A DNA stretch of 64,000 nt, from contig OZ242029.1 in NCBI GenBank assembly GCA_965205015.1, positions 4,800,001-4,864,000 of the forward strand, in the 5' to 3' direction. Numbering within the stretch: the stretch's first letter is position 1; each line of letters opens with the position of its first letter. Positions 39,271-49,028 of this stretch are shown here, piece after piece. Position numbers and translations under genes: made by a program. This stretch comes from Candidatus Poribacteria bacterium. GTDB lineage: Bacteria > Poribacteria > WGA-4E > WGA-3G. The notes beneath the pieces were generated by a model. The model had not been told where the DNA came from. It ran no database searches and saw only the letters and a list, made by a program, of their open reading frames with translations.

Positions 39271-41316
39271 TTACAACATCCCCCGGATCTCATCAATCCC
39301 CTGAATCATTCGCGTGAATGCTTCAACCAGCCGATCGATTTCCGCATGTACCGCCGCATCATCACCATTCTCCAGCGCATCAAGTACCCCCGGAAAAACG
39401 ACTGCTGCATAGCCTGTGTTGAGCCCCGGTGCATAGATAAGATGCTTAAACCAAGGCCGTAACGGTAAGCCCGTCTCACTCGTCAAACTTCGCTCTAATT
39501 GATACAACCGTTGATTTATCTCCGCAATCTGAGAGAGATCGTCAGAAGCAAGGTAACGCGACAACTCTCGATTGAGTCTCCCTGCCGATTGCTGCCACTC
39601 TGTGAGCAGACTGTCTAACTTTTCAATATCTTTGGCAATTTTGTTTTTTGCGCCAGAATTTTGCAACAGTTTCAAAGGGGTCATCAGGTCTGTGGCATAC
39701 GTCTCATAGTCGAAGGGTAAAATATCGGCATTGGCGAGCTGCAGTGCGAGCGTGCCCCAGACCTGTGCCATCGCCGCCTGATACTGAAACGTCGGATCAC
39801 CGAAGTGTTCCATCCAGTAAAAGTTATCCTGCATGGCGTGGTACACCCCATAAGGACCCCCGAACCCCATGCTAATGGCGGGGATCCCTGCATGCCCAAC
39901 AAATGGCGAATGATCGGAGCCACTGCCGAGGTTACCGACCTGCGGAATTTCCTTGCCTTGCGCTGTTTTCCAACTCTTGTAAACCGGTTTCAGTGTCCCT
40001 GGATCAATGACATTCTGGGTTACTTCGCGCATTAACTCCCGTAACGACGGTGTTGCACTCACATAGAATCGTCCGCCCGTTGCGGCGATGTCTACATTGA
40101 GGTATGCGATCGTTTTCTGTTGGAGCGTTGCTTTCAAATCCTCAACCCACTCTGTTGAACCGAGGATGCCGAATTCTTCAGCGTCCCATGAGGCAAAAAC
40201 AATCGTTCGCTTCGGACGTGTCCCTGCTTTGGCAAGTTGCCCCAAACACTCGGCGACCTCCAAAAGTGAAGTCGTACCGCTGCCAGGATCTGCCGCCCCA
40301 TAAACCCACGCATCATGGTGGTTTCCCAAAATTACCCACTGATCTGGATATTCCGTGCCTTCTAAAGTCGCAATAACATTATAGATGGGGCGGATGCTGT
40401 GTTCACAGCGCACCTTGATCCGCACCTTCGCAGGTCCTGGTCCAATGTGATAGGCAAAAGGTAGACCGCCTTGCCATTCGGATGGAACATTCCGTCCTGC
40501 GAGTGCCTTCAGAAACCGTTTGGCATCTCGATACGCCAGCGGCACAACAGGAATTTTGGGAAGATCCGTCGCCTCGTCAAATGAGAGTCTCTCGGCATCT
40601 TTCGTCGCCGCCCAACCGGGTGTCAGCGGATCGCTGGCGTGCTGGAAAATATACTTCACGGTTCCACGTTGGATCGCATCCTCCGAACGCCACGGACCTC
40701 GCGGATAAACATCTCCCCGCATATATCCATCGTCCGCCGGATCGGAGTAGAGAATCAAACCGACTGCCCCGTTATCACCAGCAACCTTCGCCTTCACGCC
40801 ACGATAACTGCCGCCATACCGCGCGATACAAATTTTACCTTCCACCGAGATGCCCTGTCCGGCGAGAATTTCGTAGTCCGCAGGTAACCCTCTATTGACG
40901 TAGATCAGCTCAGCCGTTACATCCCCATCGGGCGAATAGGCGTTATATCCCGGCACAATTTCTGTTTCATAAGAATCCTTGTCCCACTCCCAACTCGCTT
41001 CTTTGTTGACAGCGAGATGCTGAACAGGTAAGAGCAGTTCTACATGCACTTCAAGCGGATGCGGAAGATACACATGATATTCGTATACCTGAACTTGTAA
41101 ACCGTAACTTTCATATTCAGTCCGAAGATATTCTGCGATCTTGCGACTATTCTCCGTACCAGCCAGGTGCGGCTCCTCCGTCAAATATCGCAATTTATGT
41201 TGGCATCTTTCCGCTGAAACCAGATCTTTAAAACGGGTTTCATATTGCTTCTGTGTAACGGTACTCTCCGCGGTGAACCCCCGCATCCCAAAAACATCAT
41301 GAGAAGGAAATGCCAA
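39271..41316 (-). CDS. M28 peptidase, glutamate carboxypeptidase II/PSMA-like (start uncertain)
   Basis: PA domain; GNHHDAW, DPGSG, WDAEEFG, GSGSDH; transferrin-receptor-like dimerisation tail. Confidence 0.9.
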   Translation of the reverse strand: MAFPSHDVFGMRGFTAESTVTQKQYETRFKDLVSAERCQHKLRYLTEEPHLAGTENSRKIAEYLRTEYESYGLQVQVYEYHVYLPHPLEVHVELLLPVQHLAVNKEASWEWDKDSYETEIVPGYNAYSPDGDVTAELIYVNRGLPADYEILAGQGISVEGKICIARYGGSYRGVKAKVAGDNGAVGLILYSDPADDGYMRGDVYPRGPWRSEDAIQRGTVKYIFQHASDPLTPGWAATKDAERLSFDEATDLPKIPVVPLAYRDAKRFLKALAGRNVPSEWQGGLPFAYHIGPGPAKVRIKVRCEHSIRPIYNVIATLEGTEYPDQWVILGNHHDAWVYGAADPGSGTTSLLEVAECLGQLAKAGTRPKRTIVFASWDAEEFGILGSTEWVEDLKATLQQKTIAYLNVDIAATGGRFYVSATPSLRELMREVTQNVIDPGTLKPVYKSWKTAQGKEIPQVGNLGSGSDHSPFVGHAGIPAISMGFGGPYGVYHAMQDNFYWMEHFGDPTFQYQAAMAQVWGTLALQLANADILPFDYETYATDLMTPLKLLQNSGAKNKIAKDIEKLDSLLTEWQQSAGRLNRELSRYLASDDLSQIAEINQRLYQLERSLTSETGLPLRPWFKHLIYAPGLNTGYAAVVFPGVLDALENGDDAAVHAEIDRLVEAFTRMIQGIDEIRGML

Positions 41317-41597
41317 CGCAATAAAAACACAGATAAAGCAAAAATGTGGTCTCCACGTCCGCCATAGCAGATGAGATATATCTATTCGCTTTGTGATGCG
41401 TCATTACCCCCTATCGTGTTATTGTTTTATGAGAATCATAACACATTTCCCGCGCATTTTCACTATATTTTTTCTTACGCCCCAATCCTGCACCATCCGA
41501 CCGAAAATTGATCGTCCCCAAAAATAGTGCTATAAAATTGACACGATACCGCATAATTTGTTAAAATAGGAGTGTAATCATTAATTGGCCGCAAGGA

Positions 41598-41729
41598 CAA
41601 GGTGATTTCGTTTTCGATTTCACGTTTAGTTTTCGTTCACTTCTGTGAAAAAAAATATATAAAACGTAAGCGTTCCACCTGTTACGGCACACGGCGTGTG
41701 CCTACTACTTTTAAAACTAAATAGCCCTG
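41598..41729. mobile_element. Second copy of the CAGGG-type MITE
   Basis: Near-identical to 10674-10806; flanks GCCGCAAGGA / ACCGCAAGGA. Confidence 0.8.
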
Positions 41730-41747
41730 ACCGCAAGGATGACTTAA

Positions 41748-42440
41748 ATGGACGCAAACATTCTAATTGTTGAAGATGAACGCGATATTGTAGATTTACT
41801 ACGGTACAATCTACAAGAAGCAGGTTTTGAAACAGATTACGTCCGGAACGGTGCAGATGCTCTCCATCAGGCTGTCGAAAATCCGCCGGATCTCATTTTG
41901 TTAGACTTGATGCTCCCCGAGGTAGACGGACTCATCGTCTGTCGGTTACTCAAGAACGATCCGAGGACGAAAAATATTCCGATCGTGATGGTAACGGCGA
42001 AGACCGAAGCGCGCGACCGAGTGGCAGGATTAGAACTCGGGGCAGACGATTACATCACAAAACCCTTCAGTCCGAGAGAAGTCGTACTCCGTGTATCCGC
42101 TGTGTTGCGCCGCATCCAATCCGGTAAACAAACAGAGGGTACCAAACAGATCGAAACGCACGGACTCACCATCGATCTCGACAAACATCAAATCTTGACT
42201 GAAAACGGTTCCATTGATCTCACAGCAACCGAATTCAAACTCATTACGTTATTCGCACGTTCGCCAGGACGCGTCTTTACTCGCGATATTTTAATGGAGG
42301 TCATCTGGGGACAAGAATATTACGGCATTGATAGGACAGTGGATACACACGTCAGTCGCCTTCGCCGTAAGCTGGGGGAATTCGGTAAGCATATTGAGAC
42401 AGTACACGGGGTTGGGTATCGGTTCAAGGAAGTCGGTTAA
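41748..42440 (+). CDS. OmpR/PhoB-family response regulator
   Basis: ILIVEDE, LLDLMLP, GADDYITKPF, RTVDTHVSRLRRKL. Confidence 0.95.
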   Translation: MDANILIVEDERDIVDLLRYNLQEAGFETDYVRNGADALHQAVENPPDLILLDLMLPEVDGLIVCRLLKNDPRTKNIPIVMVTAKTEARDRVAGLELGADDYITKPFSPREVVLRVSAVLRRIQSGKQTEGTKQIETHGLTIDLDKHQILTENGSIDLTATEFKLITLFARSPGRVFTRDILMEVIWGQEYYGIDRTVDTHVSRLRRKLGEFGKHIETVHGVGYRFKEVG

Positions 42441-42602
42441 GGATTTCTACACCAGAGGCATTCAATCCTCGACGGATTGCCGACTGCCGAGGACTGACCG
42501 TTCATAAAGTGCTTTCAAGCGAGAGGGACTCTTAAGGTTCCTCCCGCATTGAAGCGCACTTGTAACGTGTAGGGTTAAAATATATAGATTCTGCTCCTGT
42601 AC

Positions 42603-42977
42603 CTATGGAAACTGTATTCCCTGTTTTCGGCACACCTTTCGGATTTTGTTAACCGCACCGCCTATCTGTTTCCCGTTCCGCGTAACACCAAAAAGATGTT
42701 GACTGACAACACGGCGGGAAATACCGAGAATGTTCCCAATCTCCTCTTGTGTTTTACCTTTATAGAAGTAGAGTTGAATACACTCGGCTTGGCGTTTCGT
42801 GAGTTCTTTCGCGATAATCAGACGAATTTGCTCAAGGACAGCCCGTCGCTTCGCGCGACGTGCCTCGGTATATTCGTCATCAGGTGCCCGATACCAGAAA
42901 TAGTCTTCGGTAGTAAGCTGATCAAAATACTCCGGTGGCACCGGAATTTCCCAAAAGTCGGGATTGAATTTGGGCAT
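42603..42977 (-). CDS. Stand-alone sigma70 region-4-like HTH protein
   Basis: LTKRQAECIQLYFYKGKTQEEIGNILGISRRVVSQHL; no region 2. Confidence 0.8.
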   Translation of the reverse strand: MPKFNPDFWEIPVPPEYFDQLTTEDYFWYRAPDDEYTEARRAKRRAVLEQIRLIIAKELTKRQAECIQLYFYKGKTQEEIGNILGISRRVVSQHLFGVTRNGKQIGGAVNKIRKVCRKQGIQFP

Positions 42978-43030
42978 AGATAGAGCAACTCCCTCGAATG
43001 CGAGGCGATCGCGCCTATGCCTTCATCACA

Positions 43031-43108
43031 CTATTGATAATGGACAGAGGCACCATCGCCACAATTGAATACTTTCAGGTGAAGTGTGACGTGGTTCAAA
43101 CTTAGCAT
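43031..43108 (-). CDS. Putative 25-aa peptide
   Basis: Doubled RBS AAGGAGGATAAGGAGGT-N7-ATG; MLSLNHVTLHLKVFNCGDGASVHYQ*. Confidence 0.5.
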   Translation of the reverse strand: MLSLNHVTLHLKVFNCGDGASVHYQ

Positions 43109-43249
43109 AACGGGTACCTCCTTATCCTCCTTATTGTTTATGATTGGGAACGGTGCAAGCGGGTCGATGTCGTTTCGTAAAGACTGCCTTTTGCAAACCG
43201 TACATGATAGTATACCAAAAAAACACAAAAATATGCCATAAAAAAACGG

Positions 43250-43287
43250 CAATGGTTCACCTATACCCATTTTCGGATGCACTTTTG
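43250..43287 (-). promoter_or_regulatory. Repeated promoter-like motif AAAGTGCATCC-N17-AAC
   Basis: 38-bp direct repeat with 43489-43526; the core also occurs at 45649-45679. Confidence 0.55.
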
Positions 43288-43307
43288 CCTGTTCCTCTGA
43301 AAAAATT

Positions 43308-43348
43308 AAAAAAATAAGGGACAGAGGGGTTTCAACCCCCCGTCCCTT
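43308..43348 (-). terminator. Intrinsic terminator
   Basis: AAGGGACGGGGGG-TTGAAA-CCCCTCTGTCCCTT followed by A and a T-tract on the minus strand. Confidence 0.75.
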
Positions 43349-43393
43349 TCCAAAGCGTGTGACACTCGGTGCCACACCCATAAGGGCGTAACA

Positions 43394-43429
43394 CTAATAA
43401 GTGCCACACCTCCTCTGGTTTGCTAACAT
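43394..43429 (-). CDS. Putative 11-aa peptide (or sRNA element)
   Basis: AAGGAGGT-N7-ATG; MLANQRRCGTY*. Confidence 0.4.
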   Translation of the reverse strand: MLANQRRCGTY

Positions 43430-43488
43430 AACAAATACCTCCTTTTCCGCAATACAGCGGTATTAGGATACCATCATCATAAAAATGA

Positions 43489-43526
43489 CAATGGTTCACC
43501 TAAACACATTTTCGGATGCACTTTTG
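43489..43526 (-). promoter_or_regulatory. Second copy of the promoter-like motif
   Basis: CAAAAGTGCATCCGAAAATGTGTTTAGGTGAACCATTG. Confidence 0.55.
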
Positions 43527-43544
43527 GAGGTTTCTGCGAAAAAA

Positions 43545-44375
43545 TTATTCTTCGGGATCAAAAAATATTTTGAGTGGGGCACTCAACTGTGGCGTAACGT
43601 CCTCTTCATCTACCACCTTCTCACCGCTCCATTCGCTGTGCTCAATGCCCATCGTGTAAACCTGTTCTGCGGTGTCGGTGTAACTGAGGTATTGGAACCC
43701 GGCATTCTCAAAACATATCAGTGCCGGTCCGTTGTCAGGTGATACCTGGAGTGTGATCTGTTCAGCCCCCAGTTGTTCAAATACGAAGCGGACCACTTCA
43801 ATGAGGGCATCCGTGCCGTATCCACGGGCGCGATAATCGGGTCGAATGATGACGAATTCGAGGGCAACCGTGTCTGTATCAGAGTGAAGAAAAGTAAATC
43901 CGATGAGAAGACGTGTCGTCCGGATCTCAATAGCGAGCGCGTGCATCCGTTCGTTTTCCATCCAACGGTGCCAATCTTCGAGAAACGTTTCAAACGAGAC
44001 CTGCGTTGCGTAGAGAAGATTCCTGATGCCCGGTCGGTTTATCCATCCCCAAATTCGACGGAGTTCATTTTCAGCGACCTGTCGGAGACGAATGCCGCCA
44101 CCGTGCAGCCGTTCTAACTGACGCAACTGACTTCTCAAGCCTTCCAATTGCGCCGAGTGCGCCCCGACTTGCGCTCCCGCGGCTCGAATCATACGCTGAT
44201 TCGGGCGATCCATGAATTGGGCTTGCTTTACGCGGTTCTGGAAGTATCCGAGTTTCTGTTCACTCCTTTCAATAATACGCATCAAGTTCTGAATGGCATC
44301 TTCCCATTTTTGTAGATCAGCGTTTGCGTCGTCGCGTGTTTCGGTCCGTTCTTCTCTTATCTGAGTTTCGTTCAT
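43545..44375 (-). CDS. GNAT acetyltransferase (RimJ/RimL-like) with N-terminal coiled coil
   Basis: YRARGYGTDAL; N.PAL.CFE.AGF; RBS GGAGGGG. Confidence 0.8.
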   Translation of the reverse strand: MNETQIREERTETRDDANADLQKWEDAIQNLMRIIERSEQKLGYFQNRVKQAQFMDRPNQRMIRAAGAQVGAHSAQLEGLRSQLRQLERLHGGGIRLRQVAENELRRIWGWINRPGIRNLLYATQVSFETFLEDWHRWMENERMHALAIEIRTTRLLIGFTFLHSDTDTVALEFVIIRPDYRARGYGTDALIEVVRFVFEQLGAEQITLQVSPDNGPALICFENAGFQYLSYTDTAEQVYTMGIEHSEWSGEKVVDEEDVTPQLSAPLKIFFDPEE

Positions 44376-45306
44376 ATCTCCCCTCCTTGAATCCAGAGAT
44401 CCGGAGGTAACTTTCATATCGGATCGGACTAATATCCCCAGTTTCAACCGCTTGCTTGACAGCACACGCCGGTTCGTGTTGGTGTGTACATGCGGCGAAT
44501 TTGCACTCCGGAATATAAGTCCGCATCTCCGGAAAATGAATATCTAATCCCTGTTCTTCATCAATTTCAAGCAAGCCGAGCGTTCGGATCCCGGGTGTGT
44601 CGGCGACGAACCCGCCGAATTCGAGGGGCAACAGCATGACCTCTGTTGTCGTATGCCGTCCTTTGTGGACGCGTGTATCCACCTCACCCGTGCGTAATTG
44701 GAGTCCCGGTTGTACCGCATTGAGCAGAGACGATTTCCCAACCCCTGATGAACCTACAATTGCAGAAATCCTATCCCGCATCACCTCCCGCAATTCTTCA
44801 ACACCCACACCTGTCACGATACTTGTATAAACCACTTTATAACCTAATTCTTCATATAATTTGAGTTCACGCTGTACATTCTCGAATTTCGCCAAATCAA
44901 GTTTGTTAATACAGATAACGGGTTCAACGTCAGATGCCTCGGCGGTGACGAGAAATCTGTCAAGCATCCGCAGTTTGAGTGTCGGATGCCGTGCCGCAAA
45001 GATAATGAGAAGCATATCTAAGTTAGCGACAATCACCTGCCGCCAGCCGTCCATGCGAATCCGCCCAAACTGGGTATCCCGAGGAAGACATTCCTCAATG
45101 TATCCACTGTCCGCTGTGGACATAGCGGTAGAAATGTGTACTCGGTCGCCAACGGCGACGAGATCCACGTACGGCATCTCCTTTGTCTCAGCGAGTCGCC
45201 GTTTTTCATCTTCAATGAGGTGGTGCCGCAAGGCACACGTGTAGCTTCGCTTGCCAACTTGTACCTCATAAGCACCACTTCGCGCTTTTATGACAATGCC
45301 TTCCAT
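44317..45306 (-). CDS. rsgA: Ribosome small subunit-dependent GTPase A
   Basis: NKLDL, GSSGVGKSS, GRHTTT, DTPG, C-x4-C-x-H-x5-C zinc motif. Confidence 0.95.
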   Translation of the reverse strand: MEGIVIKARSGAYEVQVGKRSYTCALRHHLIEDEKRRLAETKEMPYVDLVAVGDRVHISTAMSTADSGYIEECLPRDTQFGRIRMDGWRQVIVANLDMLLIIFAARHPTLKLRMLDRFLVTAEASDVEPVICINKLDLAKFENVQRELKLYEELGYKVVYTSIVTGVGVEELREVMRDRISAIVGSSGVGKSSLLNAVQPGLQLRTGEVDTRVHKGRHTTTEVMLLPLEFGGFVADTPGIRTLGLLEIDEEQGLDIHFPEMRTYIPECKFAACTHQHEPACAVKQAVETGDISPIRYESYLRISGFKEGRYERNSDKRRTDRNTRRRKR

Positions 45307-45352
45307 AGTTTGATTCAGGGGCGGCATCAAAGAACTCCTCATGCAACAGCAG

Positions 45353-45616
45353 CTAAGCGCCAGGATTCCGCCAGACAATGCGCCCGCGCGTCAGGTCATA
45401 CGGGGAAAGTTCAAGGGTCACCTGATCGCCAGGAAGCACCCAAATTCTGTGCTGCATTAGTTTTCCAGCGAGATATGCCACAACTTTGTGGTCATTCTCG
45501 TCCAATTTCACCTGAAATAGGTTCCCCGGTAGAGATTCCATAACAGTTCCGAGGACGCGGATCGCCGCGTCTTTAGAGGCTTCACGGGTCTTGGTTGTCG
45601 CGTTTTCATTTTTCAT
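45353..45616 (-). CDS. infA: Translation initiation factor IF-1
   Basis: G.V.ESLP...F.V.LD; GKL...[19 protein letters not shown]. Confidence 0.95.
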   Translation of the reverse strand: MKNENATTKTREASKDAAIRVLGTVMESLPGNLFQVKLDENDHKVVAYLAGKLMQHRIWVLPGDQVTLELSPYDLTRGRIVWRNPGA

Positions 45617-45781
45617 TTTCTATTCTCCTCTTTTTTTAATGACTCTTTGTTACCTTTAACATTATATTGGATGCACTTTATTAACGAATTGTTCGGAAAA
45701 AAGTTGACATCCAGCCTGAAAAGTTGTAAAATACACAAGTAGGAGATTCCATTTCGAGTTTTTTAGAAAAGGAGAAAAATA

Positions 45782-46585
45782 ATGAGCCAAGCCTTACCGC
45801 TTGTAGCCTATCCTGACCTCGAAGGCCAAGTCAAGGCGATGGAGGATGACGGATACGCCTACTTACCGAAAGTTATCGAAGGCGAACAACTTGCGGAACT
45901 TCGTGCCGCCATGGATCGGTTAACCGCAATATCTGAGAGTTTCGATCGGCACGGCACGCCAGAGAATGGCAACGGTTTCCTTAACAAACACATCAACAAC
46001 GCCTTCAACCGTGACCCGGTTTTCCTACAATATCTCGACCTGTCTCCAGTGATCGAATTGGCAGAGGCAGTGCACGGCGACGATTGTCACGTCATCGGTA
46101 TGACAGCATGGGTAACGGGACCTGGGCGTCCCGATCAAGGGTTACATGCAGATTGGCTGCCGATCCCCCTGCCAGCGGATATTCTGGAAGACCCGCGCGT
46201 CAAGGTGCCTATTTTCATTTCAACGGCACACTACTACTTAGATGACCTTTACGAAGACCTCGGTCCAACAAAATTCATTCCCGGTAGCCATCTTTCCGGA
46301 CGGAGACCTGACGGCGAGACAGAGTGGAAAGGGGCGACAGAAAAGAGTATCCTCTGCAATAGTGGGGATGTCGTGATTTTCCGGAGCGAAGTCTGGCATC
46401 GCGGTACAGCAAACCGTAGCGACCAAACGCGTTACCTCTTACAGGTACATTACGCGAATCGGATGATCACTCAGAAATATCCACCCTATCTGAACCGGTT
46501 TCAGTTCAACGATGAAATCTTGGAACAGGCAACGGAACGTCAACAACGATTAATGGGCAATCATCGCCCCGGTGCCTACGATTGA
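45782..46585 (+). CDS. PhyH-family dioxygenase
   Basis: LHADW (HxD), IPGSH, GDVVIF..VWHRG; TTGACA..TAAAAT promoter upstream. Confidence 0.9.
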   Translation: MSQALPLVAYPDLEGQVKAMEDDGYAYLPKVIEGEQLAELRAAMDRLTAISESFDRHGTPENGNGFLNKHINNAFNRDPVFLQYLDLSPVIELAEAVHGDDCHVIGMTAWVTGPGRPDQGLHADWLPIPLPADILEDPRVKVPIFISTAHYYLDDLYEDLGPTKFIPGSHLSGRRPDGETEWKGATEKSILCNSGDVVIFRSEVWHRGTANRSDQTRYLLQVHYANRMITQKYPPYLNRFQFNDEILEQATERQQRLMGNHRPGAYD

Positions 46586-46635
46586 TTCCAAATTTTTCAG
46601 CGCACAATGACCTCCACCGAGGATAACAGTTTCGT

Positions 46636-47556
46636 TTGAATAGAAAAGAGACCATCGGGACACCGCCAACACCCAGCGTCATCAGCGAGGAGCCGCACGG
46701 AAAAATTATTGCCCTCAGTTTGCTCCTCGCGTTTCTTTGGGGCGGGAATTCGCCCTCCATAAAAATCGGATTGGCAGACTTCCCTCCAATGGCATTGGCG
46801 TTCCTCCGTTTCGTGATTGGGCTTGTCGTTATCGGAGGCTGGGCACTCTATCGCGGTGTCTCACTTCGTTTGCGTAAGGGTGAACTCCCTCGACTGCTGT
46901 TGCTCACAACGATCTTCATCCTCCAAATTATCTGCTTGAACACCGGTACCCTATACACGACGGCATCCCGATCCACGATTTTTATTAACGTCTATCCGTT
47001 TTTCACCGCACTTTTTGCGCATTTCTGGATACCCGGCGAACGTCTCTCCGTTCCAAAGACCTTGGGAATCGTTGTCGCTTTCAGTGGTGTCTTCGTAACC
47101 GTTGCCCCGAACCTCGGAGAAGGCGAAACGAGTGTCCTCGGCGACATTGTCGTGCTTGTGAGCGGATGTTTCTTAGGCTTACGCGTCGTCGTGACGAAAC
47201 TGCTCATCCAGTCGATCCATCCGTATCGCCTCTTGGCGTGGCTGCTCACCTTGAGTCTCCCGTGCTATGTGGTCATGAGTCTCCTTTTTGAGCGTGGACT
47301 GCCGATGCAACTGACACTCAGGAGTAGTGCGGCTTTACTGTATCAAGGCGGCGTTATCGCGGGCTTCTGTTTTTTGGCGTGGACTTCAGTGCTTGAAAGG
47401 TATAGTGCGAGTAAACTCGTTGTGCTTTTTTTCGCAACCCCACTGTCGGGGGTTGTGTTTAGCTACGTGTTTTTAGGCGACGAGTTGACGCTTAGCTTAT
47501 TGGTAGGTGCCGCCCTCGTGGCCGCTGGGATTTATCTGGTGAATATGCGGCGTTGA
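46636..47556 (+). CDS. EamA/DMT family transporter
   Basis: About 10 TM segments; LWG, LRF, PFFTALFA...GERL. Confidence 0.9.
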   Translation: MNRKETIGTPPTPSVISEEPHGKIIALSLLLAFLWGGNSPSIKIGLADFPPMALAFLRFVIGLVVIGGWALYRGVSLRLRKGELPRLLLLTTIFILQIICLNTGTLYTTASRSTIFINVYPFFTALFAHFWIPGERLSVPKTLGIVVAFSGVFVTVAPNLGEGETSVLGDIVVLVSGCFLGLRVVVTKLLIQSIHPYRLLAWLLTLSLPCYVVMSLLFERGLPMQLTLRSSAALLYQGGVIAGFCFLAWTSVLERYSASKLVVLFFATPLSGVVFSYVFLGDELTLSLLVGAALVAAGIYLVNMRR

Positions 47557-47826
47557 TGTGCTTAGAGGCACTGCTGGTAAGAGGAAATGTGGTCTCCCAT
47601 AGTGAATGGAAACCAAGATGCAGGGGATGAGAAGGCTCACGAGTGCAGGAGTGAGACCGATTCTGACTTTCATTAGGTTGCCTCCGGCAGGATCCACCTT
47701 TTCCCTTCAACCGATTTTACTAAATCTCGCGTAGACAGCCCCAATCACCATATAAAAAACAGCAAGAATAAAAGAAATGCCGTCAACCAGAACGCCCACA
47801 AGAAAAAAAGACTTAACAGATTCCAT
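47497..47826 (-). pseudogene. Internally deleted DUF1493-gene copy plus truncated lipoprotein-gene start
   Basis: Begins MESVKSFF; retains the GATTTAGTAAAATCGG..TGGATCC 3' end; then MKVRIG..CILVSI. Confidence 0.7.
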
Positions 47827-47871
47827 CTATGTCTCTCTTCTGTTGTCCGAGATAGTTTGTGTTGGCTCTAT

Positions 47872-48945
47872 TTACTGCGTTCTAAGAAAACGTTTTTCTA
47901 TCTCATCCTTGAACGATGAATGAAAATACCAGTCGGGGAAGTTCTTCAGAAGCTGCCTATATACCCATCGGGCAGCGACTTCATCATCCAGTTCCAAATA
48001 TCCCTCCCCAAGCATATACAAGTCATGAGCAAGCTCTATATCACGGGTCCCACTTTGCAGGGATATCTCAAGGAGCAGCTTGACCCGCTCAAATATCCGT
48101 CGTGCGGCGGCTTCATCTCCCAGTTCTAAATATCCTCCCCCAAGTACATACAAGGCATGGCTAAGGAAGCGAGCACGGATCCCACTTTGCAAGGATATCT
48201 CAAGCAACTCCTCAAGCTGCCCAAATGTCCGTCGTGCAGCGGCTTCATCACCGCGTTCCAAATACACGTTCCCAAGACTGGACAAGGCATCCTCAAGTAA
48301 GGGATCACTGACCCTATTCTGCAAGGCTCTCTCAAGTCGTTCAGCGAGCTGCCTAAATGCTCGTGGTACGGCGACTTCATCTCCCAGTTCCAAATACGTT
48401 TTCTCAAGATTGGACACGGTACTTTCAAAGAGGAAGCGATCATGAAACCCACGCTGCAGGGATATCTCAAGTAACGCCTCGTATTTGGCACGAGCTTCCG
48501 CATATTTTGCCTGCTTGAAAAGGATGTATCCCCAAAGATAGAGGATATCTGCCTGATCCGACTGGAGTGTCGCGGTTTGGTAACTCTCCTTGACCGCCGC
48601 TTCAGCTTTGATGTAAAAAGAAACATCCGCTTCCGTTTCCGCCAATTTGGCATAGCAAAAAGCGATACAGTATTTGAACTGCGGAATGTAACTGACATCA
48701 ACAACTTTTCTGGGGCGCGGGCGAATTTTAAAAGCTTGCTCATATTTCTCAACCGCCGCCCTGTATTCATCATCATATCGCAGGGACTGCGCTTCAGCAT
48801 ACAGGTCGATGTACTGATTCGTCAGCGTATTGGGCTTATACGGAAAAAGGCACCCACACCCGAGCAGCCCCACCGCGAAAACGCCAACAACGCATCTGCC
48901 TAATACCTTTATCAAAACATTCATAGGGATCTCCTTGGCAACCAA
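47872..48945 (-). CDS. TPR-like lipoprotein with ~45-aa internal repeats
   Basis: LLGC lipobox; 4x LEISLQ....LG..YLELGDE.AAR. Confidence 0.75.
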   Translation of the reverse strand: MVAKEIPMNVLIKVLGRCVVGVFAVGLLGCGCLFPYKPNTLTNQYIDLYAEAQSLRYDDEYRAAVEKYEQAFKIRPRPRKVVDVSYIPQFKYCIAFCYAKLAETEADVSFYIKAEAAVKESYQTATLQSDQADILYLWGYILFKQAKYAEARAKYEALLEISLQRGFHDRFLFESTVSNLEKTYLELGDEVAVPRAFRQLAERLERALQNRVSDPLLEDALSSLGNVYLERGDEAAARRTFGQLEELLEISLQSGIRARFLSHALYVLGGGYLELGDEAAARRIFERVKLLLEISLQSGTRDIELAHDLYMLGEGYLELDDEVAARWVYRQLLKNFPDWYFHSSFKDEIEKRFLRTQ

Positions 48946-49028
48946 CCCCCTCCGTGAACCCTCCTCAGTACTATATCATTGAACTTTCAGATTCCAGTTA
49001 GGTTGCCTATCACGTCCGAGAAAGCACT

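Noticed and set aside
43031-43381. 116-aa ORF in the ORF track
   Set aside because: Crosses a terminator and a promoter-like motif; only the last 25 codons follow a strong RBS
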